The notes: a model not told the origin generated them from the letters alone. 64,000 bases of DNA from an uncultured bacterium (GCA_965552135.1 CBEVQY010000004.1:32566-96565); one strand, 5' to 3'. Counted from the stretch's first letter, positions 17,626-27,229 are shown. Program-made: numbers and translations.

Positions 17626-20538
17626 TCATTTGATCAGGATGACCGCCCTCCTTGCCTGCGGCGCGCCGCGGACACACAAAAGATAAACGCCCGACGGGAT
17701 ATCCCGCCCCGGTCGCCAGATCCCTCTGCCCCCTTTGCCTATGGGGATGCGGTCGACAAGCCTTCCGCGCACGTCGAGGACGTCCACCGCTGTGGGCACA
17801 TCGGCGCCGCGAACGAAGACCTCGCAGGCGGAGTTGAACGGCGTTGGATTCGCCCAAAGCTCCACCGCTGCGCGATTCGGCGCAAAGCTTTCTATCCCAA
17901 GGGCTTCGCCAAGGTGACTTCGCGCCACCTCCGCCGAGGATGTGAAGTGCGGGAGGTTGTCGCCGGCAACGACGGCGTAGACGAACGTATCGGCTTCGCC
18001 GGGGGCGAGGTCAAACGGTCCGTTGGCGACGATGAGCGACCAGTCGCTGCCGCTTGATCCAGAGCTTGCCGAAAACGCCCCCGAGAGGAAGTTGTATTTG
18101 ACCGAATCAGCCCAGCCCATCCCGCTTGGGTAGACGTACGTGGGGTTGTGCACTACGCTTCCGCGCGATATCTCGCTCACGCCAACGGGACCAACGTAGG
18201 CAGGATGGGTGGATGAGTTATCCCACATATATCCCCAGCCGTTTGTGGCGTCCCACTCGGCTCTGTCGTACCACGTACCGCCGCCGGCGTAGGTTATGTC
18301 GAAGTCCAGGTAAAGCCCCACGTATAGGTCCGCGAGGAGGGTGTCGGTCAGGTTTGTGACGATGTAGCGCAGTATTGCGAAGTTGTCGTCCGGCGGGGAC
18401 GACCACTCCATAGCCAGAAGGTCGACTCGGGCGCGCAGGTTGGGCTCGACGAAGGCACACCTAAGCTCCTGGTCGGCAAACGCCCCGGGGGATGCCTCCT
18501 GTATGTCGGAGACTGGGACGAACTCGCTGTAGTTTCCGCCCTCGCCCGTGACGACGTCGTTGTAGTCGAAGCCCAAAAAGAGCCCGCCGCCGTAAAGGTA
18601 GTTGTATCCGTCGTAGACGAATCCGCTCCCTACAGGCGATGAGCTCTGCGGGTTGAAGAAGCCCACTTCGCCGAAGTTCGTGATCGTGAACGTTACCGCG
18701 CCGGCGTTCAGGTCGGCGGTTTGCCGGGGGTAGTCGGCAACGGTGACGGAGAAGGTGTCGTCCCAACTGTATCCGCCCGAGGCGGTGATGTGAATCGCGA
18801 CGTCGAACGTGTACCCCGGCGGCGCAGCGGGTGAGATCGCAAGGACGAAGGGGTCGGAGACGTTGCCCTTGACCTCGCCCGTGCCTATGAAGCCGTAGCT
18901 GCCGTAGTCATCCGTCACGGTCACGTGTTCTGAGGCGACGGTTATCGTTGCCGCAACGCCGCTTGCGTCGGCGCCGTTGTTGACGAGCCTGACGATGAGG
19001 TTCACCGTCTCGCCCGGGTCGGCGACGTCGTTGCCGTTGCCGAGGGGATCGTCGACGGCGTGGTCGGCGTAGTAGACCATGGGGAACTCCGGCGCAGGCG
19101 CCGCCGAAACCGCATCGTCAAGCCTTATCCTGCCCGAGCCGTAGAGGGAGTCCTTTCCGGCTGGACCAAGCTCAAGCGCCGTCGTCTGCAGGAGCGAGTC
19201 GAGCTTTCGGGGCGAAAGGGAGGGGTTCTTCGAGAGGAGCACCGCAAGCGCTCCAGCTACGTGGGGCGCAGCCATGCTCGTGCCGCTTGCGCTCGAATAG
19301 CCGTTGTCGTTGCCGCCGTAGGTCGAGAGTATGCTCACCCCGGGCGCACAGACATCGGGCTTCATAAGCCCCGGAGGGTAGGGGTAGTCGGAGTAATCCC
19401 CGGTGTCCCAGTGGGTTGGCCCGTAGCTTGAGAAGCTTGCGATAACATCGCTTGAGTTTGTTGCGCCGACGGTTATGACGGCGGTCCTCTGGCTGCCCTC
19501 CCCGGGGCGTTGCCACGGCGAAGGACAGTCGCCGGGGCTGCTTATGTCCTGAGGGGCGTCGTAGTATCCCCCTTCGTTGCCGGCTGCCACCGCAGCAACA
19601 ACGCCCGCTGCCAGAACGTCCTCCATAACGGGGCGGATGAAGTTCTTGATCGAGTTGGAGGGGTTCTCCCACCCCAGCGACATCGACAGGACGTCGGCGC
19701 CGTTTAGGATGGCGTACTCGATTCCGTCCACAAGCGCGCTTGCCGTGCCCGTGCCGTCGTTGCCCATCACTTTGACCGCCATTATCCTCGCCTGCGGGGC
19801 AACGCCAGTCTGCGTGCCCGAAGTGCCGTCGCCGGCAACGGTGCCGGCGCAGTGCGTCCCGTGGTAGATCGGTGTGTTGCCGTCCCAAGGATCTCCGTCG
19901 CCGTAGTAGGTGTCGTAGCCGTAGTAGTCGTCGACGTAGCCGTTCCCGTCGTCGTCGGCGCCGTTTCCGGGGACCTCGCCCTCGTTGTGCCACATCCTAC
20001 CCGAAAGGTCGGAGTGGGTGTAGCGAATGCCGGTGTCCAGAACCGCGACCAGAACGTTTCTACCGTCGTACCCCCAGCTCCAGCACGTCGGCGCGCCGAT
20101 CGCCTGCACGCCCCAGGCCACCTCAAGCGCATCCGAAGCCTCGTATGCCCCAAGCGCCCTGAAGCCCGGAACGTCCTCGAACGCGTCGACAACGCAGGGG
20201 AGGTTCCTCAAGGCCTCGAGGTCGCTGTCGCTTTTGAACCTCACAAGCGCTGCGCAACCAAGCCAAAAGCCCCTCTCGACGACCACATCGCCCGCCGCCG
20301 GCGATCCCTCAAGTTCGTGCTCGAACTCGCGCAAAGCACAAAAAAGACCCTCGCGAAGAAGCTCAATAACCTTTCGCCTTCGCTTGGGCTTGGGGAGGCT
20401 TTGGGCATGCTCGAGCCTTTGGGCAAGCCCGGGGTCGCGCCTGAGGACGACTATCCCCCTCCGCCAGCCTTCATAACCCGCAGAGGCAAAAGCCAGCGAG
20501 GCACAAAGACAGACGAAAAGCACCAAAACCCTGCGCAC
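17626..20538 (-). CDS. Secreted subtilisin-like S8 serine peptidase with T9SS/FlgD-like C-terminal domain
   Basis: Triad LDTG / HGTHCAG / GTSMAAPHVAG; signal peptide after GTG 20538 (SD AGGAGG); CTD NPTPFNS...SGVYL. Confidence 0.92.
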   Translation of the reverse strand: MRRVLVLFVCLCASLAFASAGYEGWRRGIVVLRRDPGLAQRLEHAQSLPKPKRRRKVIELLREGLFCALREFEHELEGSPAAGDVVVERGFWLGCAALVRFKSDSDLEALRNLPCVVDAFEDVPGFRALGAYEASDALEVAWGVQAIGAPTCWSWGYDGRNVLVAVLDTGIRYTHSDLSGRMWHNEGEVPGNGADDDGNGYVDDYYGYDTYYGDGDPWDGNTPIYHGTHCAGTVAGDGTSGTQTGVAPQARIMAVKVMGNDGTGTASALVDGIEYAILNGADVLSMSLGWENPSNSIKNFIRPVMEDVLAAGVVAAVAAGNEGGYYDAPQDISSPGDCPSPWQRPGEGSQRTAVITVGATNSSDVIASFSSYGPTHWDTGDYSDYPYPPGLMKPDVCAPGVSILSTYGGNDNGYSSASGTSMAAPHVAGALAVLLSKNPSLSPRKLDSLLQTTALELGPAGKDSLYGSGRIRLDDAVSAAPAPEFPMVYYADHAVDDPLGNGNDVADPGETVNLIVRLVNNGADASGVAATITVASEHVTVTDDYGSYGFIGTGEVKGNVSDPFVLAISPAAPPGYTFDVAIHITASGGYSWDDTFSVTVADYPRQTADLNAGAVTFTITNFGEVGFFNPQSSSPVGSGFVYDGYNYLYGGGLFLGFDYNDVVTGEGGNYSEFVPVSDIQEASPGAFADQELRCAFVEPNLRARVDLLAMEWSSPPDDNFAILRYIVTNLTDTLLADLYVGLYLDFDITYAGGGTWYDRAEWDATNGWGYMWDNSSTHPAYVGPVGVSEISRGSVVHNPTYVYPSGMGWADSVKYNFLSGAFSASSGSSGSDWSLIVANGPFDLAPGEADTFVYAVVAGDNLPHFTSSAEVARSHLGEALGIESFAPNRAAVELWANPTPFNSACEVFVRGADVPTAVDVLDVRGRLVDRIPIGKGGRGIWRPGRDIPSGVYLLCVRGAPQARRAVILIK

Positions 20539-20560
20539 CTTGACCTCCTGCCTAAAAACA

Positions 20561-20589
20561 AATATAACGAAACGGGCGCTTTCGTTCAA
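20561..20589 (-). promoter_or_regulatory. Sigma70-type promoter of S8 gene
   Basis: TTGAAC-17-TATATT on minus strand. Confidence 0.5.
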
Positions 20590-20648
20590 GCCTTGACAAA
20601 GCCTGCGCTTTGGTCGTAATTGCGGAGAGGTGCGAGGGAGGTCTTCAG

Positions 20649-21914
20649 GTGAGGCTTCTTTTGGTACTTTTGGCTTTTTGGGCTGCCTTTGGCGGGACCG
20701 TTTTGCGCATAGACGTTGAGGGCACCATAGACCCTCCCGTTTCGCAGTACGTTGGTCTTGCCATCGACCGCGCGCACCGCGAAGGGATCGATATGCTCCT
20801 TCTGGTCCTCGACACGCCGGGCGGACTTATGAGCTCGACGAAGGAGATCACAGGTCGCATAGTGAACAGCGACGTTCCGGTTGCGGTTTACGTGTATCCG
20901 CGAGGTGCGCGTGCGGCGTCGGCGGGGGTGTTTATAACGATGGCTGCGCACGTTGCGGCAATGGCGCCGGGAACGCACATCGGCGCTGCACATCCCGTCG
21001 CGCTGGGGATGCCCTCCGACACGTCGGCGGTGATGGACGGAAAGATCACAAACGACGCCGTGGCGTGGATACGCTCGCTTGCGCAGCTTAGGGGCAGAAA
21101 CACCCGCTGGGCGGAGAAAGCCGTGCGCGAATCGGCATCCATAACCGCCTTCGAGGCAGAAAGCCTCGGCGTGATCGACTTCGTCGCAGAAAGCTTCGAC
21201 GACCTCTTGAACAGGATCAAAGCCGACCCGGCGAAGTTCCCAAAGCTTTCGCGCAAAATCGAGCCAGAGGCGACGGAGATCGTGAAGATGGAGATGACCC
21301 TGCCGCAGCGCTTCCTCCACACCATACTCAACCCGAACCTTGCCTACCTTTTGCTTATGCTCGGGCTTTTGGGGATATACTTTGAGTTTCAGCACCCAGG
21401 GGCTATTCTGCCCGGCGTTGTGGGGGTTTTGTCGCTCCTTTCGGCGGCGTACGCCTTCCAGATCCTGCCGGTAAACTACGTCGGGATTTTGTTTATAATC
21501 GCGGGGATCGGAATGTTCATCCTGGAGGTGAAGGTGCCGGGATTTGGCTTGCTTACGGCTGGCGGGGCTTTGGCGCTTTTTTTGGGGTCCCTTATGCTCA
21601 CCTCGGGCAATCCCCCCGAGCTGCGCATAAGCCTTTGGACCATATTGCCCACCGTGGCGTTTGTGGTGCTTTTGTTCGTCTTCGTCGTGACGAAGGCTTT
21701 GATGATCCAGCGCAAAAAGCCCGCCACGGGGCTTGAGGGTCTTTTGGGCGAGATAGGCGAGGTCATCGACGACATCCCCGAGGGGGGAGAGGGCAAGGTT
21801 TTGGTGCACGGCGAGATCTGGAACGCGCGCTCAAACAAAGCCCTGCCCAGGGGGACAAAGGTTCGAGTTGTGGCCGTCCAGCGGATGACCATCACCGTGG
21901 AGGAGGAAAAATAA
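20649..21914 (+). CDS. nfeD: NfeD membrane-bound serine protease (long form)
   Basis: LDTPGGL, RAASAG, IGAAHPV, TM block, C-terminal VHGEIWNA OB domain; GTG 20649 with SD GGGAGG. Confidence 0.92.
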   Translation: MRLLLVLLAFWAAFGGTVLRIDVEGTIDPPVSQYVGLAIDRAHREGIDMLLLVLDTPGGLMSSTKEITGRIVNSDVPVAVYVYPRGARAASAGVFITMAAHVAAMAPGTHIGAAHPVALGMPSDTSAVMDGKITNDAVAWIRSLAQLRGRNTRWAEKAVRESASITAFEAESLGVIDFVAESFDDLLNRIKADPAKFPKLSRKIEPEATEIVKMEMTLPQRFLHTILNPNLAYLLLMLGLLGIYFEFQHPGAILPGVVGVLSLLSAAYAFQILPVNYVGILFIIAGIGMFILEVKVPGFGLLTAGGALALFLGSLMLTSGNPPELRISLWTILPTVAFVVLLFVFVVTKALMIQRKKPATGLEGLLGEIGEVIDDIPEGGEGKVLVHGEIWNARSNKALPRGTKVRVVAVQRMTITVEEEK

Positions 21915-21917
21915 AAG

Positions 21918-21991
21918 TGGCGGCACAGGGACTCGAACCCCGAACCCGCGGATTATGATTCCGCTGCTCTAACCAGTTGAGCTATGCCGCC
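21918..21991 (-). tRNA. tRNA-Met(CAT), probably elongator; CCA not encoded
   Basis: GGCGGCATAGCTCAACTGGTTAGAGCAGCGGAATCATAATCCGCGGGTTCGGGGTTCGAGTCCCTGTGCCGCCA; paired G1-C72. Confidence 0.93.
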
Positions 21992-22002
21992 ACCCACTAA
22001 AT

Positions 22003-22031
22003 ACACTATCTCCCGAAAGCCGGGTTGTCAA
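22003..22031 (-). promoter_or_regulatory. Sigma70 promoter of tRNA-Met
   Basis: TTGACA-17-TAGTGT just upstream of the tRNA 5' end. Confidence 0.7.
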
Positions 22032-22394
22032 GAGTTTTTTTGAGGTGGTCTGGAGAAGGGGGTGGTCCGTTGTGGCGCATGTGTGTCCTCTGCGTTTTTG
22101 GATGAGTTTCTGGGTGGCGAGCCAGATACTCCGCGGCATTTGGGTGAGCTCGGAAGGGAGGGCAGGTTTGTCAAACCGACGGAGTTGATTTGATGCGCGT
22201 GAACAGTTTTTTCTCTTGCCCTTGGTGGATTTTTAATTATATTTAAATTTGCATTCCCACTTCTGATTTGTAGATTTAGCGTGGGGCGGAGAATGAGTTT
22301 GCGATTGAGTACATCACGACAGGCAGAGGGCGCGGGGCCAACATCATCTTCGCTCTTCAGTGGCGGAGAAGATAGAGAAGCCTAGTAGGGAAAA

Positions 22395-22660
22395 ATGGCG
22401 AGATTGGCAGAGGCGCAGCGGCGCGGGTTCGCAAGGCGAATAGCGGAGGTGATGAGGTACAATTAGGTTAGGAACTCACCAGCGCCGGGTTTGAACCGTC
22501 CGAGCGGATCTTCGAACTTGAGCAACTGTGCGACATTGCTAAAGACGAGAAAGCGGCGCGTGAGTCACTCAGGAAGGCAACAGCGGAATCCCGAAAAGCC
22601 ACCCGTGAAGTTTACAAGTTTGCCTCGGCGACGTTTGAGTTGATAGTCGGGCTTCTGTGA
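22395..22660 (+). pseudogene. Disrupted small helical hypothetical protein
   Basis: MARLAEAQRRGFARRIAEVMRYN* then, after a TTAGG duplication/frameshift, ELTSAGFEPSERIFELEQL...ASATFELIVGLL*. Confidence 0.5.
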
Positions 22661-22733
22661 GATGGCGCTTAAAAAAGAAAGCGGAGAGAACAAAATCTCC
22701 AGAGTTAACCACTCATCCCGCGTGGACCTGTAG

Positions 22734-22880
22734 CGGGTACACAGGGAAAACCTTCGGGTACATATGTACCAAGATCGAGTACACAGGGGATATGTCCGGG
22801 TACATAGGGGACAGCAACGAGTACATAGGGGAAATCATCGGGTACATATGTACCAAGCGCGGGTACACGGGGGAAATTGG
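22734..22880 (+). repeat. Seven imperfect 21-bp tandem repeats
   Basis: Units at 22734, 22755, 22776, 22797, 22818, 22839, 22860, each beginning CGRGTACAY; units 2 and 6 contain the palindrome GGTACATATGTACC. Confidence 0.9.
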
Positions 22881-22978
22881 AAAGGACACGAGAAAATTAG
22901 AGAAATTTATGAACCGCACAAAAAGAAAGAAACCGGTTTTGCAAGACAAAAACTGAGAAACAAAAAGGAGGATTCATT

Positions 22979-23902
22979 ATGTATTTGTGCTACGTAGACG
23001 AGAGCGGATTTACCGAAAAAGGATATGACGAGAAACAACCAGTGCAAGTTTTAGCGGGACTTTTGGTGAATGTACATTCTTTCCATAAATTAGATAATGA
23101 CTTCCGGAAAATATATTCAATTGTTCAAGCAGAAATTCCTCCAAAGGAAATAAAAGGATCTGAAATTTACAATGGAAAGAAATCTTGGAAAAATATAGCG
23201 CCTAAGAAGAGATATGAAGCAATTGAATTTTACTTAGATTGGTTAACTCGTCAACACAAAAAAAACAAAGTCATTAGAGTGATATTATCAGTTGTAGACA
23301 ATAAAAAGTTCTTTCAAATAAAAGAAAATGGCGATAAGTATAAAAAATATATCAACACTTTTCCATCCCCGTGGGTGGTTTCCGCCTTTCATATCGCACT
23401 TGCTATACAACATATTAACAGAAATAAGAAACGCAACAAAGGGAAAACCATACTAATCTTTGATGAACAGGATATGTTTGAAGAAACATTACGCGAATTA
23501 ATTTATAGCCCCCCGGAATTCATTGACAATTTCGTCAAATTTGATCAAAAATCTGAGAAATATAGACTAAATCAAATTATGGATACACCGTATTTTGTTA
23601 AATCTCATTATTCATCTCTTACCCAAGCGGCAGATATAGTCGCATTTATATTTAGAAGATACATAGAGTTAAAATGTAATTACAAGGAGTTAAAGCGTCA
23701 AGATGAGTTAGACAGATTAGAGAAATGGACAAATAAAATAAGAAATTGTTTCGTTCCTTCCGAACATGTGTATCCCAAAAAAAACAATGAGTTTGTGAGA
23801 TTTTTAAGGGATCTAATACCTTGTAAGGAATGTGAAAAACTATGGCAAGTTCACAATAAAAAACAAATTACTACCTCCTCGGGAAGGAGAAATCGGGAAT
23901 GA
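22979..23902 (+). CDS. DUF3800 family protein (predicted nuclease); AT-rich
   Basis: N-terminal YVDESG, LIFDE, C-terminal QAADIVAF; SD AAGGAGG. Confidence 0.82.
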   Translation: MYLCYVDESGFTEKGYDEKQPVQVLAGLLVNVHSFHKLDNDFRKIYSIVQAEIPPKEIKGSEIYNGKKSWKNIAPKKRYEAIEFYLDWLTRQHKKNKVIRVILSVVDNKKFFQIKENGDKYKKYINTFPSPWVVSAFHIALAIQHINRNKKRNKGKTILIFDEQDMFEETLRELIYSPPEFIDNFVKFDQKSEKYRLNQIMDTPYFVKSHYSSLTQAADIVAFIFRRYIELKCNYKELKRQDELDRLEKWTNKIRNCFVPSEHVYPKKNNEFVRFLRDLIPCKECEKLWQVHNKKQITTSSGRRNRE

Positions 23903-23909
23903 CGGATCT

Positions 23910-23974
23910 TCCCTCTCTCGGGGGAGAGGGAGTTAGAGGGTGAGGGGGTTACTGCCTCCCCTCCAACTCCTTTT
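23910..23974 (+). repeat. REP-like / terminator-like overlapping hairpins
   Basis: TCCCTCTC-loop-GAGAGGGA (23910-23931) and GGAGTT...AACTCC (23929-23970) followed by TTTT. Confidence 0.6.
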
Positions 23975-24125
23975 CCCCTGCCGGGAAATCAATGCCGATG
24001 CCGTAATTTGACCAACTCCACCGCTTGCCTTGCCTGCGTAAACATCGTTTCCGTCGCGGCGTCTTTTGCCAACACCTGCTTCGACGGGCAGCACACCTGG
24101 ACCGGTCTGGTCCCCTCCCGCAGGT

Positions 24126-24510
24126 TCAGTCTATCGGTAGTTCAAGCTCAACGGTGTCGGTTGCGAAGATCCAGTACCCATACCCGGTCGGATGAAGTCC
24201 GGCCTGTCGTAGCTTTGTGTTGAGGCGTCGAAGCCGAAGATATCGCTGCCCACGCCGGGCAGCTCGCTTATCCGCGAGCACTCCACAGGGACACACGGCG
24301 CGCCGATCAGGTTCCAGCCGGGATAGAGCGTGTAGGTAAGGTTTACCACCTCCTCTTTTGCGCCGTAGACGGCGATGGTCGTGTCTACAGGCGACGCCAG
24401 CCAGAAGGCGGTTCCGGGCGTTAAGGTGTCGGCGATGCGGTAGATCTTGTCCCTGTTGTCCCACGTCCACACGGGGTAGACGAAGAACGGGAACAGGTCT
24501 TCGACTGCGA
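24126..24510 (-). pseudogene. 5'-truncated, frameshifted 3' fragment of a secreted protein (PGWNLIG-type domain)
   Basis: LTPGTAFWL...LYPGWNLIGAP...IRPGMG joins YWIFATDTVELELPID* across a 1-nt frameshift near 24180; host-like GC. Confidence 0.65.
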
Positions 24511-24613
24511 CTATTTTTCACTTATGCGAGTTCCAAAAGAGCCTTGACAAGAGAGAACTTAGAACTTAACTGAATAAAAAAAGAAGGAGAGAGTGGTGGA
24601 AGGAGGCGGGAAA

Positions 24614-26497
24614 TTGGCTACTCTGATTCCCAATGAGGCGTACAATGGCGATGATATAACGCCTGGTGAGAAGAAGTTGTTAGAACTTTTTAAAGATCAT
24701 GCAGATGCTGAAGTTTTGGTCTTTTGGCGACCTCAGCTTGAGTCGGGCAAGCAACCGGATGTAGTAGTATATTGGCCAGAACTTGGTTTAATACTCTATG
24801 AAATAAAGGACTGGGTGATAGATCAAATTGAAAAAGCTGACCCAAATGAATGGACGATCAAATTTGGCAGGGTAAGAAGTGCAAAAACAGCGCCATTGAA
24901 ACAGGCACGACAGTATTTTTACCAACTTCGAGAACAGCTGGAGAGAGAAAGATGTTTATTGTCTGAAGATCCGAAACATAGAGGAAAACTGAAAATTCCT
25001 ATCGCTACTGCTGTAGCGTTTCCAAATATTTCAAGGGCGGATTTTCTGAGTCGTAATTTGGATAAAGTTCTACCTGTTAAGTTTGTAATGTTTGGCGATG
25101 ATATCGAGGAGATACGTAATGGCAGGAAAAGTTTTTTCCACATACTTAAGGCTCATTTTGATCCATGGTGGAGAAATGATGCGCTTTCGCAGCAGGAAAG
25201 AGATATCCTTAGAAAAATTCTTTTCCCAAGGGTGACGTTGGACTGGAAACTCCGTCGAATAAACCTCGATGCCTATCAAGAAAAAATTTTAGATAGCTTG
25301 CTAGCATCGAAAGGACATCATATAATTCGCGGTGTTGCTGGTTCAGGGAAGTCGCTTATTGTTGCTAAGTATGCAGCGGAGCTTGCAAAACAGCACCCGG
25401 AATGGAGAATATTAGTAACATGTTATAATATCTCACTTGCAAGTCAGCTGAGGAATTATGTAAGGTTTTTCAGTAACTTTAGTGGTAACGTTCATGTAGC
25501 CCATTTTCATCAACTTGCCAAAGAAATACTTGGAAATATACCCCAATTAGTTTGTATAGAAATCGAAAATAGCACTGATGAGCTCTGGAAGCAAGAAGCT
25601 GTCAAAGACGAAGAGCGGTCAAAGATGTTAGGGGAGGCTCTAAAGAAATATTTGCGCGCTCATAAACCGATTTTGTATGATGCAATATTAATTGATGAAG
25701 CCCAAGACTTTCACCCAACTTGGTTTGAATCTCTTCTTCTAATTTTGAACAAGGATACAAATACGTTGTTACTTGCCGAAGATGGTGCACAGAAAGTGTT
25801 TCCAAGAACTTTTACATATAAAGGTGTAGGGATAAATGCAGTTGGTAGGAGGGTAAAAACTTTAAAAAAGACATACCGTTGTACACAACAAATAATTTCT
25901 TTAGCAACTAAAATTATAATGAAGAAAGATGATTGGGACGAATTCTACCGAAATTACATTGCGCAAGCCTCTGAGAATGATTTGTTTAGCAACAGTGAAG
26001 TGAGTGCTGCCGCAGGAGAATTTCCACGTTTGGTGGTTGAGAAAGATTATAATAGAATAATTGATTTCATCGTGAAAGATATTAAAAAAGAGACCACTGG
26101 TGATTTGCCGTTACAATATAATGATTTCGGGATTTTATACCTTGTGCGTATACATAACGATCATGATTATGTACGTCCTATAATAGAAGCGTTGAGGTGT
26201 AACGGAATTCCTCATTTTTGGTTGTCAAAGGATCGTGACTCGAAACAGAATTATGATCCTTTTAACAACTGTGTAACGGTTTCGACAATATTTTCAGCCA
26301 AGGGACTTGAATTTCACACAGTTTATTTAGTAGGTTTAGAGCTATTTCCATGGCCTCTACGCAGTTCAGAAGCAAATAATTCTATTCTTTATGTTGCAAT
26401 TACAAGGGCTAGGCGGCGATTGGTAATGTTTTCAACTGTTGAAAACGATACAACTCGTAGAATACGACAATATCTAGATGAAATACAAACAATGTGA
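24614..26497 (+). CDS. NERD nuclease fused to SF1 (UvrD-like) helicase; AT-rich, putative defence gene
   Basis: T.GE, QPDVVV...LYEIKDW, PLKQARQY; GVAGSGKS; VTCYN; LIDEAQDF; SAKGLEF; LYVAITRA; probable start TTG 24614 after AGGAGG. Confidence 0.87.
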   Translation: MATLIPNEAYNGDDITPGEKKLLELFKDHADAEVLVFWRPQLESGKQPDVVVYWPELGLILYEIKDWVIDQIEKADPNEWTIKFGRVRSAKTAPLKQARQYFYQLREQLERERCLLSEDPKHRGKLKIPIATAVAFPNISRADFLSRNLDKVLPVKFVMFGDDIEEIRNGRKSFFHILKAHFDPWWRNDALSQQERDILRKILFPRVTLDWKLRRINLDAYQEKILDSLLASKGHHIIRGVAGSGKSLIVAKYAAELAKQHPEWRILVTCYNISLASQLRNYVRFFSNFSGNVHVAHFHQLAKEILGNIPQLVCIEIENSTDELWKQEAVKDEERSKMLGEALKKYLRAHKPILYDAILIDEAQDFHPTWFESLLLILNKDTNTLLLAEDGAQKVFPRTFTYKGVGINAVGRRVKTLKKTYRCTQQIISLATKIIMKKDDWDEFYRNYIAQASENDLFSNSEVSAAAGEFPRLVVEKDYNRIIDFIVKDIKKETTGDLPLQYNDFGILYLVRIHNDHDYVRPIIEALRCNGIPHFWLSKDRDSKQNYDPFNNCVTVSTIFSAKGLEFHTVYLVGLELFPWPLRSSEANNSILYVAITRARRRLVMFSTVENDTTRRIRQYLDEIQTM

Positions 26498-26514
26498 GTA
26501 CAAGGAGGTATGCA

Positions 26515-26931
26515 ATGAGCTTAATTGGACACACCGCAAATATTGGGCGGTTTCTAAATGAAGCTGTAGATTTGCTGGCGAAATCTAAGATTGTCACGGA
26601 GATCATGAAGTTACTAAAAAAGTATAAGATCCCCGAGCTTATTACTGGACATATCAAGAATCTATTCGAAAAGAGTGCTATAGAAAGAAGCCAGTATGCG
26701 GAGTTTTATGCTTTCATAGATAGGGTCGAGGAGAAGTTAAACAAATGTTCCGAGGACGTTGTTGATGTGGAAGGTAAACTGCAAGTGATCGAAGGGGAAG
26801 TGTTTGGAATAAAGCAAGAGCTAAGTGATATAAAAAAAGAACTTCAGCGTTCCCGAAAACTAACATTCGCCATTTTGTTCATTTTGTTACTAAACATCAT
26901 TGTTGAGATAGTGTTATCTTTATCGCGGTAA
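26515..26931 (+). CDS. Hypothetical coiled-coil protein with C-terminal TM helix
   Basis: SD AGGAGG, heptad-like VEGKLQVIEGEVFGIKQELSDIKKEL, hydrophobic tail FAILFILLLNIIVEIVL. Confidence 0.7.
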   Translation: MSLIGHTANIGRFLNEAVDLLAKSKIVTEIMKLLKKYKIPELITGHIKNLFEKSAIERSQYAEFYAFIDRVEEKLNKCSEDVVDVEGKLQVIEGEVFGIKQELSDIKKELQRSRKLTFAILFILLLNIIVEIVLSLSR

Positions 26932-27163
26932 TGCGCAATTGCTGTTGAAACATAGTTAATCTGTAATGCGGCGCCGCAGTTAACGTATTTTAAAATAGAT
27001 GCAAAGAGAAACTTGGGTGCACCAGGGGTTTTGAAATATGCGGTGCCTACGTTTTTCTGGTGACCTGGGCAACGATTGAAATGACGGTGCGCATCTTTTC
27101 CATTGGTTCAGAAGCTACTTCTGTTTTGTTGTGTTTGGAAATTTGCCCCCTCTTTAAACGACC

Positions 27164-27192
27164 TTGACAGGGACGGCTTTGGGGCTTAAAAT
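27164..27192 (+). promoter_or_regulatory. Sigma70 promoter
   Basis: TTGACA-17-TAAAAT upstream of DUF1573 gene. Confidence 0.7.
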
Positions 27193-27229
27193 TTGTTCTT
27201 TGACGGAAGGCAAGATTGGGGGTGCGAGA

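Larger units (their letters stand above)
22200..27160. other. AT-rich accessory/defence-like island (pseudogenes, repeat array, DUF3800, NERD-helicase, membrane protein)
   Basis: Abrupt composition shift and gene content; no integrase or att repeat seen; boundaries approximate. Confidence 0.7.

Noticed and set aside
22734..22880. CRISPR array
   Set aside because: Period is only 21 nt, there are no spacers of CRISPR length, repeats are degenerate and no cas genes are present
22657..22956. 99-aa ORF across the repeat array as a real gene
   Set aside because: No convincing SD and both strands are open across the repeats; kept only as an alternative explanation
21918..27160. tRNA-integrated element
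   Set aside because: The island lies on the 5'/promoter side of the tRNA; no integrase or duplicated tRNA 3' end was seen
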